Below, piece by piece: positions 17,749-28,800 of a DNA stretch of 64,000 bases; the first letter of the stretch is position 1, and each line of letters opens with the position of its first letter. The stretch comes from an uncultured Clostridia bacterium (lineage in GTDB: Bacteria > Bacillota > Clostridia > Christensenellales > UBA1242), in contig CALVMJ010000003.1 in the NCBI GenBank assembly GCA_944345365.1, positions 30,800 through 94,799 on the forward strand, read 5' to 3'. A program made the position numbers and the translations under genes. The notes below the pieces were generated by a model. The model had not been told where the DNA came from, searched no databases, and saw only the letters and a program-made list of their open reading frames with translations.

Positions 17749-18861
17749 ATGAGAAAAATGCATGAACTAAATAAGAAAGAAAAAGATAAGTGCGTTATCG
17801 TTGTTGTCTGTGATAAGATTAGCGATGACAAGGAAAGGAAAATAGATGAAATATGTAGGCTCGCAGAATCAACTGATTTGGAGGTAGCTTGTGTTTTTTC
17901 ACAAAATATAAGGGAATTTAATAAAGCGACAGTTATTGGAAAAGGTAAGCTTGAAGAAATTGCTGAATATATTGAAAATTGCGAAGAGGAAATCGATATT
18001 GTTGTTGTTGACTATATGTTAACCGGCTCTCAAATGAAGAATATTTCACAGGCGCTTGGAGTTAGAGTTATTGATAGGGTCGGATTAATCATTGATATTT
18101 TTGCACTAAGGGCACAATCAGCTGAAGCAAAATTACAGGTTAAGTATGCTCAAAATAGGTACCTTTTGCCAAGACTTGCAGATATTAAAGGATCAAGTGG
18201 AAGGTACGGTGGAGCTGGCGTTGGAATGAGAGGTCCTGGTGAAACAAAACTGGAACTTGACAGAAGAAAACTTGAAAAAGAGATGGAAATATTGCGCAAA
18301 GAAATTGCCTCTGTTAAAAAAAGAAGAGAGGTAACCCGTCGAGAAAGAGAAAAAACAGGAGTAAAAAGGATTGCTATTGTTGGCTATACAAACGCTGGGA
18401 AAAGCACATTGATAAATGCTCTGACGAGAGAAAATATCTACGCCGAGGACAAATATTTTGCAACTTTGGACACTACCAGCAGGAAGGTGTTTTTGGGAGA
18501 GGGGAGAAGCGCAGTCATAACTGACACTGTTGGTTTTATAACTGATTTGCCTCACGAACTTGTTGATGCTTTTTCATCTACTTTGGAAGAGGCAAAAGAT
18601 GCCGACTTAATTTTGCATGTTGTTGATCCAAACCAAAAAGGCAAAAATGGAGAAAGCTATTTCGAAAAAAATATAGAAGTTACTAACAAGGTATTAAATG
18701 ATATAAAAGCAACGGAAAAAAGAATAGTAGTTTATAATAAAGCCGACTTGCTTAAAGAGAGATTTGAAATTACAAAAAACGAAATTTTTGTCTCAGCGAG
18801 AAAAAAAGAAGGCTTAGAAGAATTAAAGAAAATGATTGTAGAAGAATTGTTTGAAGAATAA
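17749..18861 (+). CDS. hflX: GTPase HflX
   Basis: G1 motif GYTNAGKSTL, G3 DTVGF and G4 NKAD, plus an HflX-type N-terminal domain (..EAKLQVKYAQNRYLLPRL..GETKLELDRR..). Confidence 0.9.
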   Translation: MRKMHELNKKEKDKCVIVVVCDKISDDKERKIDEICRLAESTDLEVACVFSQNIREFNKATVIGKGKLEEIAEYIENCEEEIDIVVVDYMLTGSQMKNISQALGVRVIDRVGLIIDIFALRAQSAEAKLQVKYAQNRYLLPRLADIKGSSGRYGGAGVGMRGPGETKLELDRRKLEKEMEILRKEIASVKKRREVTRREREKTGVKRIAIVGYTNAGKSTLINALTRENIYAEDKYFATLDTTSRKVFLGEGRSAVITDTVGFITDLPHELVDAFSSTLEEAKDADLILHVVDPNQKGKNGESYFEKNIEVTNKVLNDIKATEKRIVVYNKADLLKERFEITKNEIFVSARKKEGLEELKKMIVEELFEE

Positions 18862-18868
18862 AAAGAAA

Positions 18869-18911
18869 AACTAACCCCGAGTTTTATATGACCTTGAAGG
18901 TTAGTTTTTTA
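18869..18911. terminator. Hairpin between convergent hflX and the DUF1858-like gene
   Basis: AAACTAACC ... GGTTAGTTT with a large loop and a T-run on the + side. It sits between two convergent genes. Confidence 0.4.
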
Positions 18912-18948
18912 ATTGAATTAAATGTAGTTGATTTTAGGGCTTATTAAA

Positions 18949-19206
18949 TTAGTTTAGCTTTGCTTTTTTGACTTTTTTTTCTGATTTAATGGCCCCTTTA
19001 ACAGAAAAGTTTAATACTTCATTAAGCTTTTTTAGCATAAAATCTAGATCAACATTATGGGTATGGCATGCTTCTTCTAGCGATTCCATTCTTCCCATCG
19101 GGCAATAAATGCAATGCATCCCAAATCCCAACAAAACTTCACCCAGGCTTTCGTCTGTCATTAATATTTCTTCTATTGTCATATCCTTTGTTATCTCTTT
19201 CTTCAT
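18949..19206 (-). CDS. DUF1858-like small redox-disulfide domain protein (hybrid-cluster-protein-associated type)
   Basis: MKKEITKDMTIEEIL..LLGFGMHCIYCPMGRMESLEEACHTHNVDLDFMLKKLN matches the DUF1858 pattern (C-x-x-C, ..leeA....g.d...ll..LN). Start set at ATG 19206, which has an AGGAG RBS. The upstream Met at 19221 was rejected. Confidence 0.7.
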   Translation of the reverse strand: MKKEITKDMTIEEILMTDESLGEVLLGFGMHCIYCPMGRMESLEEACHTHNVDLDFMLKKLNEVLNFSVKGAIKSEKKVKKAKLN

Positions 19207-19312
19207 AATTTCTCCTATCAAGGATATAATAGTTTATTTCCCGAAAAAAGTCAATAAAAATAATGTCGTTTTTTGTAATAGTGGAATAACGCCATAATAA
19301 AAAAAATACCAT

Positions 19313-20023
19313 ATGAGTATGGAAAGAATTTCAAATATCATATCAAAAAAAGTTGTTTCAATCGAAGAGAGCCTTTGTGTTGGTTATGTTTTAGATGTGT
19401 GTGTTGACACAAGTAAAAAGATGGTAGAAGGTTATCTTGTTTGTGATGAAAGCAATGAAGTTATAAATTTTTTAAGCACAAAAAACATGCTGGCAAATAA
19501 TGATTATATAATTATAAAAAACATTAATATGCTTGAATTTGGTGATCTTGTTGAGCCAAAAAATCCAATAGGTAAAGAGGTATTAGACGAAAATGGATTT
19601 AGTTTGGGTAGGATAATTGATTTTGAAGTGAAAAATGGAAAAATCTTAAAATTAATTTCAAAAAAATGCGAAATAAATCCTAAGCATATTATTGATTTTA
19701 ATGGAGATTTTCTTATTTTCTCTCAAAGCAAAAAAAAGCCAATAAAAAAAGAATTTAATTTTAAAAATCTTAACAAACAAGATTTGCAAAAAGTGGAAAT
19801 TCAATCTTTTATTTTAGAAAAGAAAGAGAATTTAAACAGTGTTCAGATCCCTTTTAAATCAAGAATATTAACAAATAACTTATTAGGCAGAATTTTAATT
19901 AATGATGTTTTTGGTTTAAATAACGAATTAATTGGAAGAAAAAATGAAATAATAAATGAAAAAATAATTAAAAAAGCAAAAAGCCACAATAAAATTAATC
20001 ATCTTTTTTTCAACAGCAAATAA
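19313..20023 (+). CDS. Hypothetical protein, possible tandem PRC-barrel (YlmC/YmxH-like) domains with a Lys/Asn-rich tail
   Basis: Segments VVSIEESLCVGYVLDVCVDTSKKMVEGYLV and VLDENGFSLGRIIDFEVKNGKILKLI resemble PRC-barrel cores. There is no clear RBS. Confidence 0.4.
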   Translation: MSMERISNIISKKVVSIEESLCVGYVLDVCVDTSKKMVEGYLVCDESNEVINFLSTKNMLANNDYIIIKNINMLEFGDLVEPKNPIGKEVLDENGFSLGRIIDFEVKNGKILKLISKKCEINPKHIIDFNGDFLIFSQSKKKPIKKEFNFKNLNKQDLQKVEIQSFILEKKENLNSVQIPFKSRILTNNLLGRILINDVFGLNNELIGRKNEIINEKIIKKAKSHNKINHLFFNSK

Positions 20024-20161
20024 TGTTTTAAAAATAAAAATAATATATTATCCTAATATAAAATAAAAAAATAACGATAATCGTTTGTATTTTTGTCACT
20101 TTTCGTAGTATTATAATTGTAGAATATTTATTCTATAATTTTTATTATAGGGAGAAAAAAT

Positions 20162-22873
20162 ATGCAACGAATTATTCCAAGAAAAACAAGAGTTAAATTA
20201 GAGTTTGTAAAAGGAGTTACAGGCTTTGATTTAATTATTGCCGTAATTGTGGCTGCGGTGGCCGTTATTTTATTTGCTTCTAATTTTTCAAACCATATTT
20301 GGATTGGTCTTGTGTGGAGTATAGTGGGTTGCTCCTTGTTTTTTAAGGTGGCAGATGAAGAAAGATTTTATGTTACTATGACATATCTTTTAAGATTTTT
20401 GGTGCAAAAGAAAAAATTCTCCATTGAGGGAGGAAAAAAGAAAAAGTCAGACATTGATGAAATGATTCCTTTTACTGATATAGCTGAAGATAGGTTTATA
20501 AATTTTGAGGGTTACTATGGAGCTGTTATTGAAGTAAGACCAATGCTCTTTGGGCTTTTGAATGAATACACACAAGACAATGTGATTGAAAGTTTTGCTA
20601 ATGCTTTGAGAAGGCTTACGGCTGATCAAACATGTTCTATTACTAAACTTAATAAAGCGATGGTTTTGGATAATTACATTTATAACGAGAACAAAAAATA
20701 TGAACAGCTTTTAGAAATGCAATATGAAAACTTAGTTACAGACGAAGAAGTTGATTCAAGAGCGCCGGTGTTTGAAGAAAGAGTTTCATTTATGGAGAAC
20801 TTAAACAGAAGGGATAAAGTATATCAGGATCATTTCTACATAACTGTATACGATAAGGATAAATCATTACTGGACGCAACAGTAAATGGAATGATTTCGT
20901 CAATGGCAAGTTCCCTTGCTCCTATGTCAACAAAAAGGCTTTATGGATCAGAACTTGTAGTCTATTTAAAAGCGAATTATGGCAGAGAGTTTGATGAAAG
21001 AGAAATAGAAAGTATTCCGATGTCAGAACATATTAGCTGGGCAAAACCTAAAAAAATAAAATTTAAATCTGCAAAATATGTGCTTGATGATGACAAGGCT
21101 TTTAGAACATTTTTAATAAACGATTATCCTCTTAATGTTGGTAATGCTTGGGGAGCTGACATATTTTTGCTTGACAGAACAAAAGTTGTTATGAAATTTG
21201 CCTTACTCCCTAAACATAGTTCGGAAAGAAACATTGATAAAGCAATAATGGATATGGAGTCAAAGTTATATAGATCAGGACGAAGCAGTAGTCAAATCGA
21301 GCTTCAAACGCATATTCAAACACTAAGAGATCTTCTTATTCAACTTAAAAACAACAATCAACAACTTTTCGAAGTAAACACATACATAACTTGTGAAGAT
21401 GCAGCAAGAAGAGATGTTAAAGCTATGCTCAAACAAAGTGGATTTAAGTTTAGTGAGATGTTTGCAAGGCAAATTGACGCATTTATAAGTGCTAATATTT
21501 CCAGAAGAGATAATGTTGCATCAACAAAAAGAGGAATTCCAACATCAACTCTTGCGGCAGTTTTCCCATTTATTTCAAGTGCCTTACAAGACGAAAACGG
21601 AATCTATCTTGGAGATAACGAGTATCCAGTTTTTGTTGACTTTTTTCAAAGAGATTATGTTAGGGTTAACTCAAATATGATGGTGATTGGAAAATCGGGT
21701 TCAGGTAAAAGTTATGCGACAAAAGCTCTTCTTGCCAATTTGGCTGCTGGTAATACTAAAATATTTATTTGTGACCCAGAAAAAGAGTACTTGCCTCTGA
21801 TAGAAAATCTTGGAGGAAAATATATTGACGTTGGCTCTTCTGCTCAAGGGATATTAAATCCTTTTCACGTCATCACCTCATTAGATGACTCAGATGAAGA
21901 AGAGGACGAAGAAAAAGAAAGCGATGAATTCTTTGCTGAACAAAAGCCTAAAAAGAAAAAGGAAAGGAAGGTCGACGATTCGTTTTCACAGCACTTACAG
22001 TTTTTGGAACAGTTTTTTAGGACAATCCTTGAAGGAATAAGTAGTGATGCTTTTGAAGTTTTGAACTCGCTTATCGTTGATACTTATAAATTGAAAGGAA
22101 TAGATTCAACAACTTATCTTGGAGATAAAGAGCCAAATGACTATCCAATCTTTGATGATTTATACAACTTAATTTTGGAAAGGTTAAAGACTGCAAAAGA
22201 CGACTTTATGATAAGAAATTTAATGACAATAGAAACATATATCAAAAAGTTTGCTACGGGTGGAAGAAACAGTAAACTTTGGAACGGACCAACATCTATT
22301 GAGACGAACGAAAATCTTGTGTGCTTCAATTTTCAATCATTGGTCGCAAATAACAATAATCTGCTAACAAATGCCCAAATGCTTTTAGTGTTTAGATATC
22401 TAAATAATGAAATAATCAACAATAAGGATTTTAACCTTAAATATCACAAAGATGGCAAGAATACAAGAAAGATAATCATTGTGGTTGACGAAGCGCACAT
22501 CTTTATTAATCCAAAATATTCTATCGCACTTGACTTTATGGCTCAGATGGCTAAGCGAATCAGAAAGTATGGTGGAATGCAAATCGTAATTACACAAAAC
22601 ATTGCAGACTTTGTGGGATCTGAGGAAATTAAAAGGCAGTCGAGCGCAGTTATCAATGCTTGTCAATATTCAATGATTTTTGCTCTTGCACCAAATGATA
22701 TTAATGACTTGGTTGAACTTTACAAAAAGTCAGGAGGAATTAACCAAGAAGAGCAAAACGCTATTGTTACAGCTGGAAGAGGTCAGGCCTTCTTCATCAC
22801 AGGCCCATCAAACAGAACGATGGTTAATATTGTAGCGCTTGATTATATAAAGCATGTAATTGGGGAAAAATAA
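20162..22873 (+). CDS. VirB4-family (Tn916 Orf16 / PrgJ / TcpF-like) ATPase fused to an N-terminal PrgI/VirB3-like two-TM segment
   Basis: Two TM helices at the N-terminus (DLIIAVIVAAVAVILFASNF, IWIGLVWSIVGCSLFF). They are followed by the VirB4 N-domain pattern IPFTDIAEDRFINFEGYYGAVIEVRPMLFGLLNEYTQDNVIESFANALRRL. Walker A MVIGKSGSGKSYATK, Walker B IIIVVDEAHIF and a downstream VITQNIADF. RBS GGGAG. Confidence 0.8.
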   Translation: MQRIIPRKTRVKLEFVKGVTGFDLIIAVIVAAVAVILFASNFSNHIWIGLVWSIVGCSLFFKVADEERFYVTMTYLLRFLVQKKKFSIEGGKKKKSDIDEMIPFTDIAEDRFINFEGYYGAVIEVRPMLFGLLNEYTQDNVIESFANALRRLTADQTCSITKLNKAMVLDNYIYNENKKYEQLLEMQYENLVTDEEVDSRAPVFEERVSFMENLNRRDKVYQDHFYITVYDKDKSLLDATVNGMISSMASSLAPMSTKRLYGSELVVYLKANYGREFDEREIESIPMSEHISWAKPKKIKFKSAKYVLDDDKAFRTFLINDYPLNVGNAWGADIFLLDRTKVVMKFALLPKHSSERNIDKAIMDMESKLYRSGRSSSQIELQTHIQTLRDLLIQLKNNNQQLFEVNTYITCEDAARRDVKAMLKQSGFKFSEMFARQIDAFISANISRRDNVASTKRGIPTSTLAAVFPFISSALQDENGIYLGDNEYPVFVDFFQRDYVRVNSNMMVIGKSGSGKSYATKALLANLAAGNTKIFICDPEKEYLPLIENLGGKYIDVGSSAQGILNPFHVITSLDDSDEEEDEEKESDEFFAEQKPKKKKERKVDDSFSQHLQFLEQFFRTILEGISSDAFEVLNSLIVDTYKLKGIDSTTYLGDKEPNDYPIFDDLYNLILERLKTAKDDFMIRNLMTIETYIKKFATGGRNSKLWNGPTSIETNENLVCFNFQSLVANNNNLLTNAQMLLVFRYLNNEIINNKDFNLKYHKDGKNTRKIIIVVDEAHIFINPKYSIALDFMAQMAKRIRKYGGMQIVITQNIADFVGSEEIKRQSSAVINACQYSMIFALAPNDINDLVELYKKSGGINQEEQNAIVTAGRGQAFFITGPSNRTMVNIVALDYIKHVIGEK

Positions 22874-22895
22874 AAGCAAAGAGGTAATAAAACAT

Positions 22896-25800
22896 ATGAG
22901 AAAAATTAAAAACATTTTACTTACTGTTTTATGTGCAATGATCTTTGGCATTGCTGGTGTTTTTATTACCTCTTGTGGTAAGCAAGAACCTCAAATTTTA
23001 ATTACACCTAGCGTTAATGAAGTTGAAGTGGGAGTTGAAGAAGAAGTTTTGGTTTCGTTTAAAGTGGAGAACTTTAAGTCTGACGGTGGAATCTTTATTA
23101 CCGCCTTTGATAGTGGGATTTCTGGCGAGGATTCTTCAAGTGAACATATTACTTTTAATACAACATATAAAGGAAATGGAATAACAGATGTGGTTATAAC
23201 AGGTGTTAGTGGAGGAACGGCAACATTATTTGCAACTACAAAAGAAGGGGAGAATGTTACTTGCTCAATTTCTGTAAAAGTAAAAGAATATAGCAATATT
23301 TTGACCTTAAAAAACCAAAATATGTTTGTTTCATCATTAACAAAATTAATCCCATCAGCTGCTGACTTTTCATTTTCAAATCAATCTACGGAACGCAAAT
23401 TAAATTACTACTATATAATTAATGATGAGGATATCACTAATTCAAAATTAACATTTGAAGGAGTTGACGACCAAGGAGTTTATAGATTTTCACAAGCCGA
23501 CAGCGAAAAGCTTTTAAAGGCAAAGGAATTTATATCAACCGAGCTTGACAAGCAAAGTGAAAAATTGATATTTACTCAGTCTTCAAAGGATCAGCAAGGC
23601 AACAATCTGAAATTTGAAGAAGAAGTTTATGATACTCAGACCGGTTACTTTATTGCAGAATATGAAAATATTACGGCAAATGAAAGTTATTATGTGATGG
23701 CTCCTTTTAAGGTTTTCTTTGGAATTGATGAAAACTCTTTTAATATTTTAGATTTAAGTAATTCTGTTTTAAATGACATCAAATTAATCACTTACGCAAC
23801 TGAGGAGGCGAGCAAGGAATTTAAGGTTGAATTTCCATTTTATAGCGAAGGAATTTTGGAGCTTAACTACTCCCTAAATGAAGAAGATTTAAGGAAAGTG
23901 TCAATAACTAAAACGGTTACAATTGACAATGAAAATAATAAGGAAATACATAGCTTTAAAATATCAAGCAAGGTAGCTTATAAAACTGAGGCAGTAATAA
24001 ATGTTAATCTTTCTTACAAGGGATTTTCGAAGGTTGATGATGTTGCTGTTTCTGTTACCAAACAAATACCGGTTTCTATTTTGGTTATGCCAAAAGAAAT
24101 AATGGTTAACGAACTTAAAGAAAATGACGAAAGAAACCAATATTATTTCTACAATAATAATGTTGGGGATTTTGGTTGGCAAGAATTTAAAATTTCGGTA
24201 TATGCTGAGGATTCTTCATACAGTGGGGTCAAATTGCAGTTTGATCAAACAAAAATCGAGGTTAAACACCAAGAATTTAACTTGTCTAATGGGGACATAA
24301 TAACAAATTTAAATGCTCCTTTGTTTGTGAGAGGTAGGAATGCAGGAGAAGAAGGAGATGGAAGCATTACACTTACATTAATAAGTGATGTTTATTCTCA
24401 GGGCCAAACACCTGTTAGTTATGAGGTTAAATATTCTCTTGTTCAAGGCGCTTCAAAACTTGATTTTACAGATGAAGAATACAGATACTCAATCGAAAAT
24501 CAAAATTATGGTATTTACATTTCAAGCAGTGTCGACTATGTTGAGTTTTTGGGAATTTACTCAGACAAGAATTTTTATAATGCAAGTATTACAGCATTAA
24601 ATGAAATTTGCAAAATTGATTATATTGGAAAAGAAGAAAGTGTCGACGATGAAGGAGTTACAAGATATTTATTAAAGTTGAAAATAACTCCTTTAAAAGC
24701 AGGTGCCGAAACGGCAGTTATTTACCTTGATAATGGGAGATCAATATCAGCCACCTTTAAGATTGTAGATGTATTTGAGAATGTTTTTGTGAATCAAAAA
24801 CTTGATGGAGATAATAATGGCATTCAAGAAAGCCAAAAACTACCTCAGGTAGATGGAAGCGACACTGGAATGAATTTTGTCATAAGAAATTCTGTTGATG
24901 ATGGAGATGACAAATATGGAAAATCTGTAACAATTCAAATTGATTCAAATAATGGGATTGATGTAATTAAAAGCATTGAAAGTGAATTTTACTTAGAGGA
25001 GCAACAATCTATTTTTGATTTGATTGAAGGGCAAAAAGGTGTTTACACTTTTAAAACCAAAAACCCAGGAAGTGCAGAAATAATTTTTACAGTTAAAGGA
25101 AACAAGATAGAAAACTTTAAGATCAAAGAAATAGAGAAATCAATTTCTATTAATTTGACATCATATAATCCTTCTTCAAGAATTGTAATTTATAACTCAA
25201 ACGACAACCTAGCAAATACTGTGAGTTTATATGCAGATGAAAAAGCACCTGCTAGTGTAAAATCTGAAAAGTTTAGAGCAGAGGTTGAAAGTAGCACATC
25301 GTTTAACTTTTATAAGTTTACCAGTGTAGGCGGGAATTATGTTGCTTCTTATTTCTCTGATGAGTTTGTTTATTGGACTTCTAACATTACAATAAGAGAG
25401 GAGCTTACTGGCGTAGAAGTGGATAAAATGGTTTATGGAGAATCTTATTTAATCGGAAATTATGCCGTTTTTGACACAAGTACAATGACACTCACGGCTT
25501 TAAGCCCAGATAAGAGTTTTGTCCTTTATGCAAATATATTGCAATATGGTCTTTCGAGGTCTTTTGCAATTAATGTTAAGACATTAAGCTATGATTCCGT
25601 CAACAAAATATCAACAAACATAAATAATGATTTTGGAAGTGGATTATCACTAGTATTTGATCAACAAAACCAAAACCAAGAAAAATCTTTTAATGTAACT
25701 CTTATTCCTAATAATGCAACAGATTTAACATTAAAATATTTTATTGAGGACAGCAATGAATTAAAACTTCTTGCTGTAGATGGGGTTGTTTTGCAAGCCT

Positions 25801-28800
25801 TACAAAAAGGGTCGTGGCTTGTTACCTTAAAACTTAACCCAGAAGTTTTAAGCTCTGTTGGTCAGGCAGTTGGGGCTACTTTAATAATTGCGCCAAACGA
25901 TTGGATAACATCAGGTGGGCAAATTGAGCAAGGAAAAGAATTTTCGGTTTTAAAAATAAATCTTTCATATCAAGATGGAAGTGCAGAAAATCCATTCATA
26001 TTGCAAGACGCAGAAGACATTCTTTCAATCGGTCTGGGTGAAAGGAGTATGAGTAGTCATTACATAATCTCTTCAACAATAGACATGTCTGCATATTCAG
26101 ACAGACTCCCACTTGGAAGCGAAGGAAACTTTACTTTTAACGGAACAATTATCGGAAAAAATAACGCAAAAATCACAGGAATAAACATCATTTCCGGAAA
26201 AGAATTTAGTGAAGGCAATTACTATGGATTGTTTGCCAAACTTGGCGAAGCAGCATTGATTGAAAATGTTTCATTTGAAGGCTCTTTTGACATTTCTAAT
26301 TCGATTAACACATCAGAAACGGACTATGTCGGCCTTGTCGCTGGTATAAATTTAGGTGAATTAATTAATGTTTCAGCGATATTAAATAAGTCAAATATCA
26401 ACCTTGGTGGACAGAGCATTTATGTTGGTGGAGTGATTGGATTTAACCAAGGCAATGTTATAAAAGATGACAAGGATTACACCGACAGTAGTTTGATATA
26501 CTATGGTTGCTATCCAATGCCAACAATCGTTATGAATGATGTTTTAACATTTAACAGCGCATCTTCTGGGATCGCTTATGTTGGTGGTATAACTGGAAAG
26601 AATGAAGGAGAAATAAAAGATTTAACACAAAATAAGTCAGTTGTTGGCTATCTTGGTTATATGGCATATACCCTTATTGACATTAAAAATGAAAGCAAAC
26701 AAACTAATGTTGGTGCAATTTCTGGAAGTTCTTCGGGTTATATTTATGGAACATTGTCGGGTGGAAGAGTTTACAGTAGAAATGAGGGCGATTACATAGG
26801 TGGAATAAGTGGCTTGGTCGAAGGTGGAAGAATTGGAATTGATGAAGGTGGACAAGCAAGTCAAGTTGTCATAAGGACAAATGTAAGTGGGTTTAATGCA
26901 GGTCTTGTAGCTGGCAATGTGAATAGTGGAGCTCAAATAAATAACCTCTTAATTGAAGCTACTGATAACGGAGTAAGCGTAAATGAGGAAGCGTCTATGC
27001 TTGTCAAATACACAAAAGGAGAGTCCTCATCTTTTAATACTTACAATGAATTTCAAAAGAAATCATATATATTGACAAATAATATTGAAAATATAGGCCA
27101 AGATGCAAATGCCACATTAAAATCTTATGTGACAAGGGAATATGGTGAAATTCCTGATGCAAGTTTTACCGAGAGCACAGATGTTTTCTTTGGAGATTTT
27201 GTTGAATGCAAACTTGTCAATCCGGAAAATTCTTTGCTTGCTTCGGATATTTTAGCGCAATATAAATTTACATCGGACTCCTCAGGTGCAATAAATATAG
27301 AATTAGATGACAATTTCGTCGAGATGAGTGTGGAAGGAGATACAACTGCTCCAAGAATGTTTACTATGTTCTATTTTGAGGCAGAGGGATATATTGACGA
27401 AAGAGGAAACTATTCTACAAGCAATTTGCAAAATGTTCAAAATATTCTTGACAGAAACTTTAATACTGTGCCTTTTGACAGTGAATTGATGCCAATTAAT
27501 ATATCAGGTGGAGAATTTAGGATTAAGTCAAACAGCAACTTGTTGTCTGTTGATGCAAACAACACTTTTAAGGTTAAGGGAACAGGTGTTGCAGAGCTTG
27601 AAATTATAAGCACTCTTAATGCAAGAGAGTCTCAAAAAATCTACATTAACATAATCAATTATTTTAATTTTTCGGCTCATAAAGGGGAAAGTGGGGAAAG
27701 TCCTTTTATGATAAATGATCTAAGGCTTTTTGGCACGGCTTCAATTTCGTTGTATTCAAGAAAAAGCACAAATATCTATATAAGCCCGGTTTATGAAAAA
27801 GAAATTTTTAGTAGCACCATCGGCATAGGCGAAGATGGCTATGTTATGATCGAAAACACCAACATAAAACTTGCCAGCAGTAAAGACATTGTTGCAAGTA
27901 TAAATGCTGGTGAAAGTGGATTTGAAGATAATGCTTCTTATCAAATATTTGATGATTTGATCGTTCTTAACAAAAAGGCAACAATGATTGAGCCAAATCA
28001 TACTGACGATATTATATTTAATTATGCCCTAGAAACTGTTGTCAACGGCAAGACATATAAGACAAATGAGGACGAATTCAAGGCGCTTAATGTTAAGATA
28101 AGTTACTACGAAGGTATGACGGGAATTATTTCTGACTATGATTCCTATGTTTTAAATACAAGCGGAGAAATTAATGACCGAGTTAAGATTTTAACCGATG
28201 ACAAAAGCGAAACATTATCTTATAAGATTTATAAGAAAAACCAAGAGACATCTTTCTTTGACATAGAGACAAATTTGTTTGGAGATGTAGTATTGTCTAG
28301 GTCTACAACTACCGATGGTGTGTTAAGCGAAGTTAAAATAAGTGTTAACAAAAATTCCGAGGAATACAAAAACAGGTTTGAAGATCCAATTTTTGGTGAA
28401 TATAGGGTTGTTTTCTTTGCAACTAGCGAAATGGAAAATCCAAATAAAATTGTCAAGGAGATTCCACTATATTTAAGTGATGAATATATTGACAATGTTG
28501 TAATTGAAAATTATTCAGAAGTTGATAACATGGCAATAGCTTCAAACTTTGTTATTCCAGCCCAAGATGGACTTTTGTCAATTACGATTAACCCAGCAGA
28601 TGCAGACTTCTATTCCTTTAACATATCAAATTTACCGACAAATTCACAGGCAGGGTCATCAAAGGCTGGCTTAGTTGTTGGTTATTTGGTTCATGGAACT
28701 GACAGTGAATTTAAAACAATTCCGGGTGCAGTTTATTCTAGTGAGGGCGTTTCAATAACCAAGGAGGCAATCCTTAATGAATTAAATAAAGAGGATAATC

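Noticed and set aside
22860-22895. TTG start at 22860 for the giant lipoprotein, overlapping the ATPase gene by 14 nt
   Set aside because: The signal peptide and lipobox begin at the ATG at 22896 (MRKIKNILL..). The 12 extra residues (MGKNKSKEVIKH) would bury the signal peptide.
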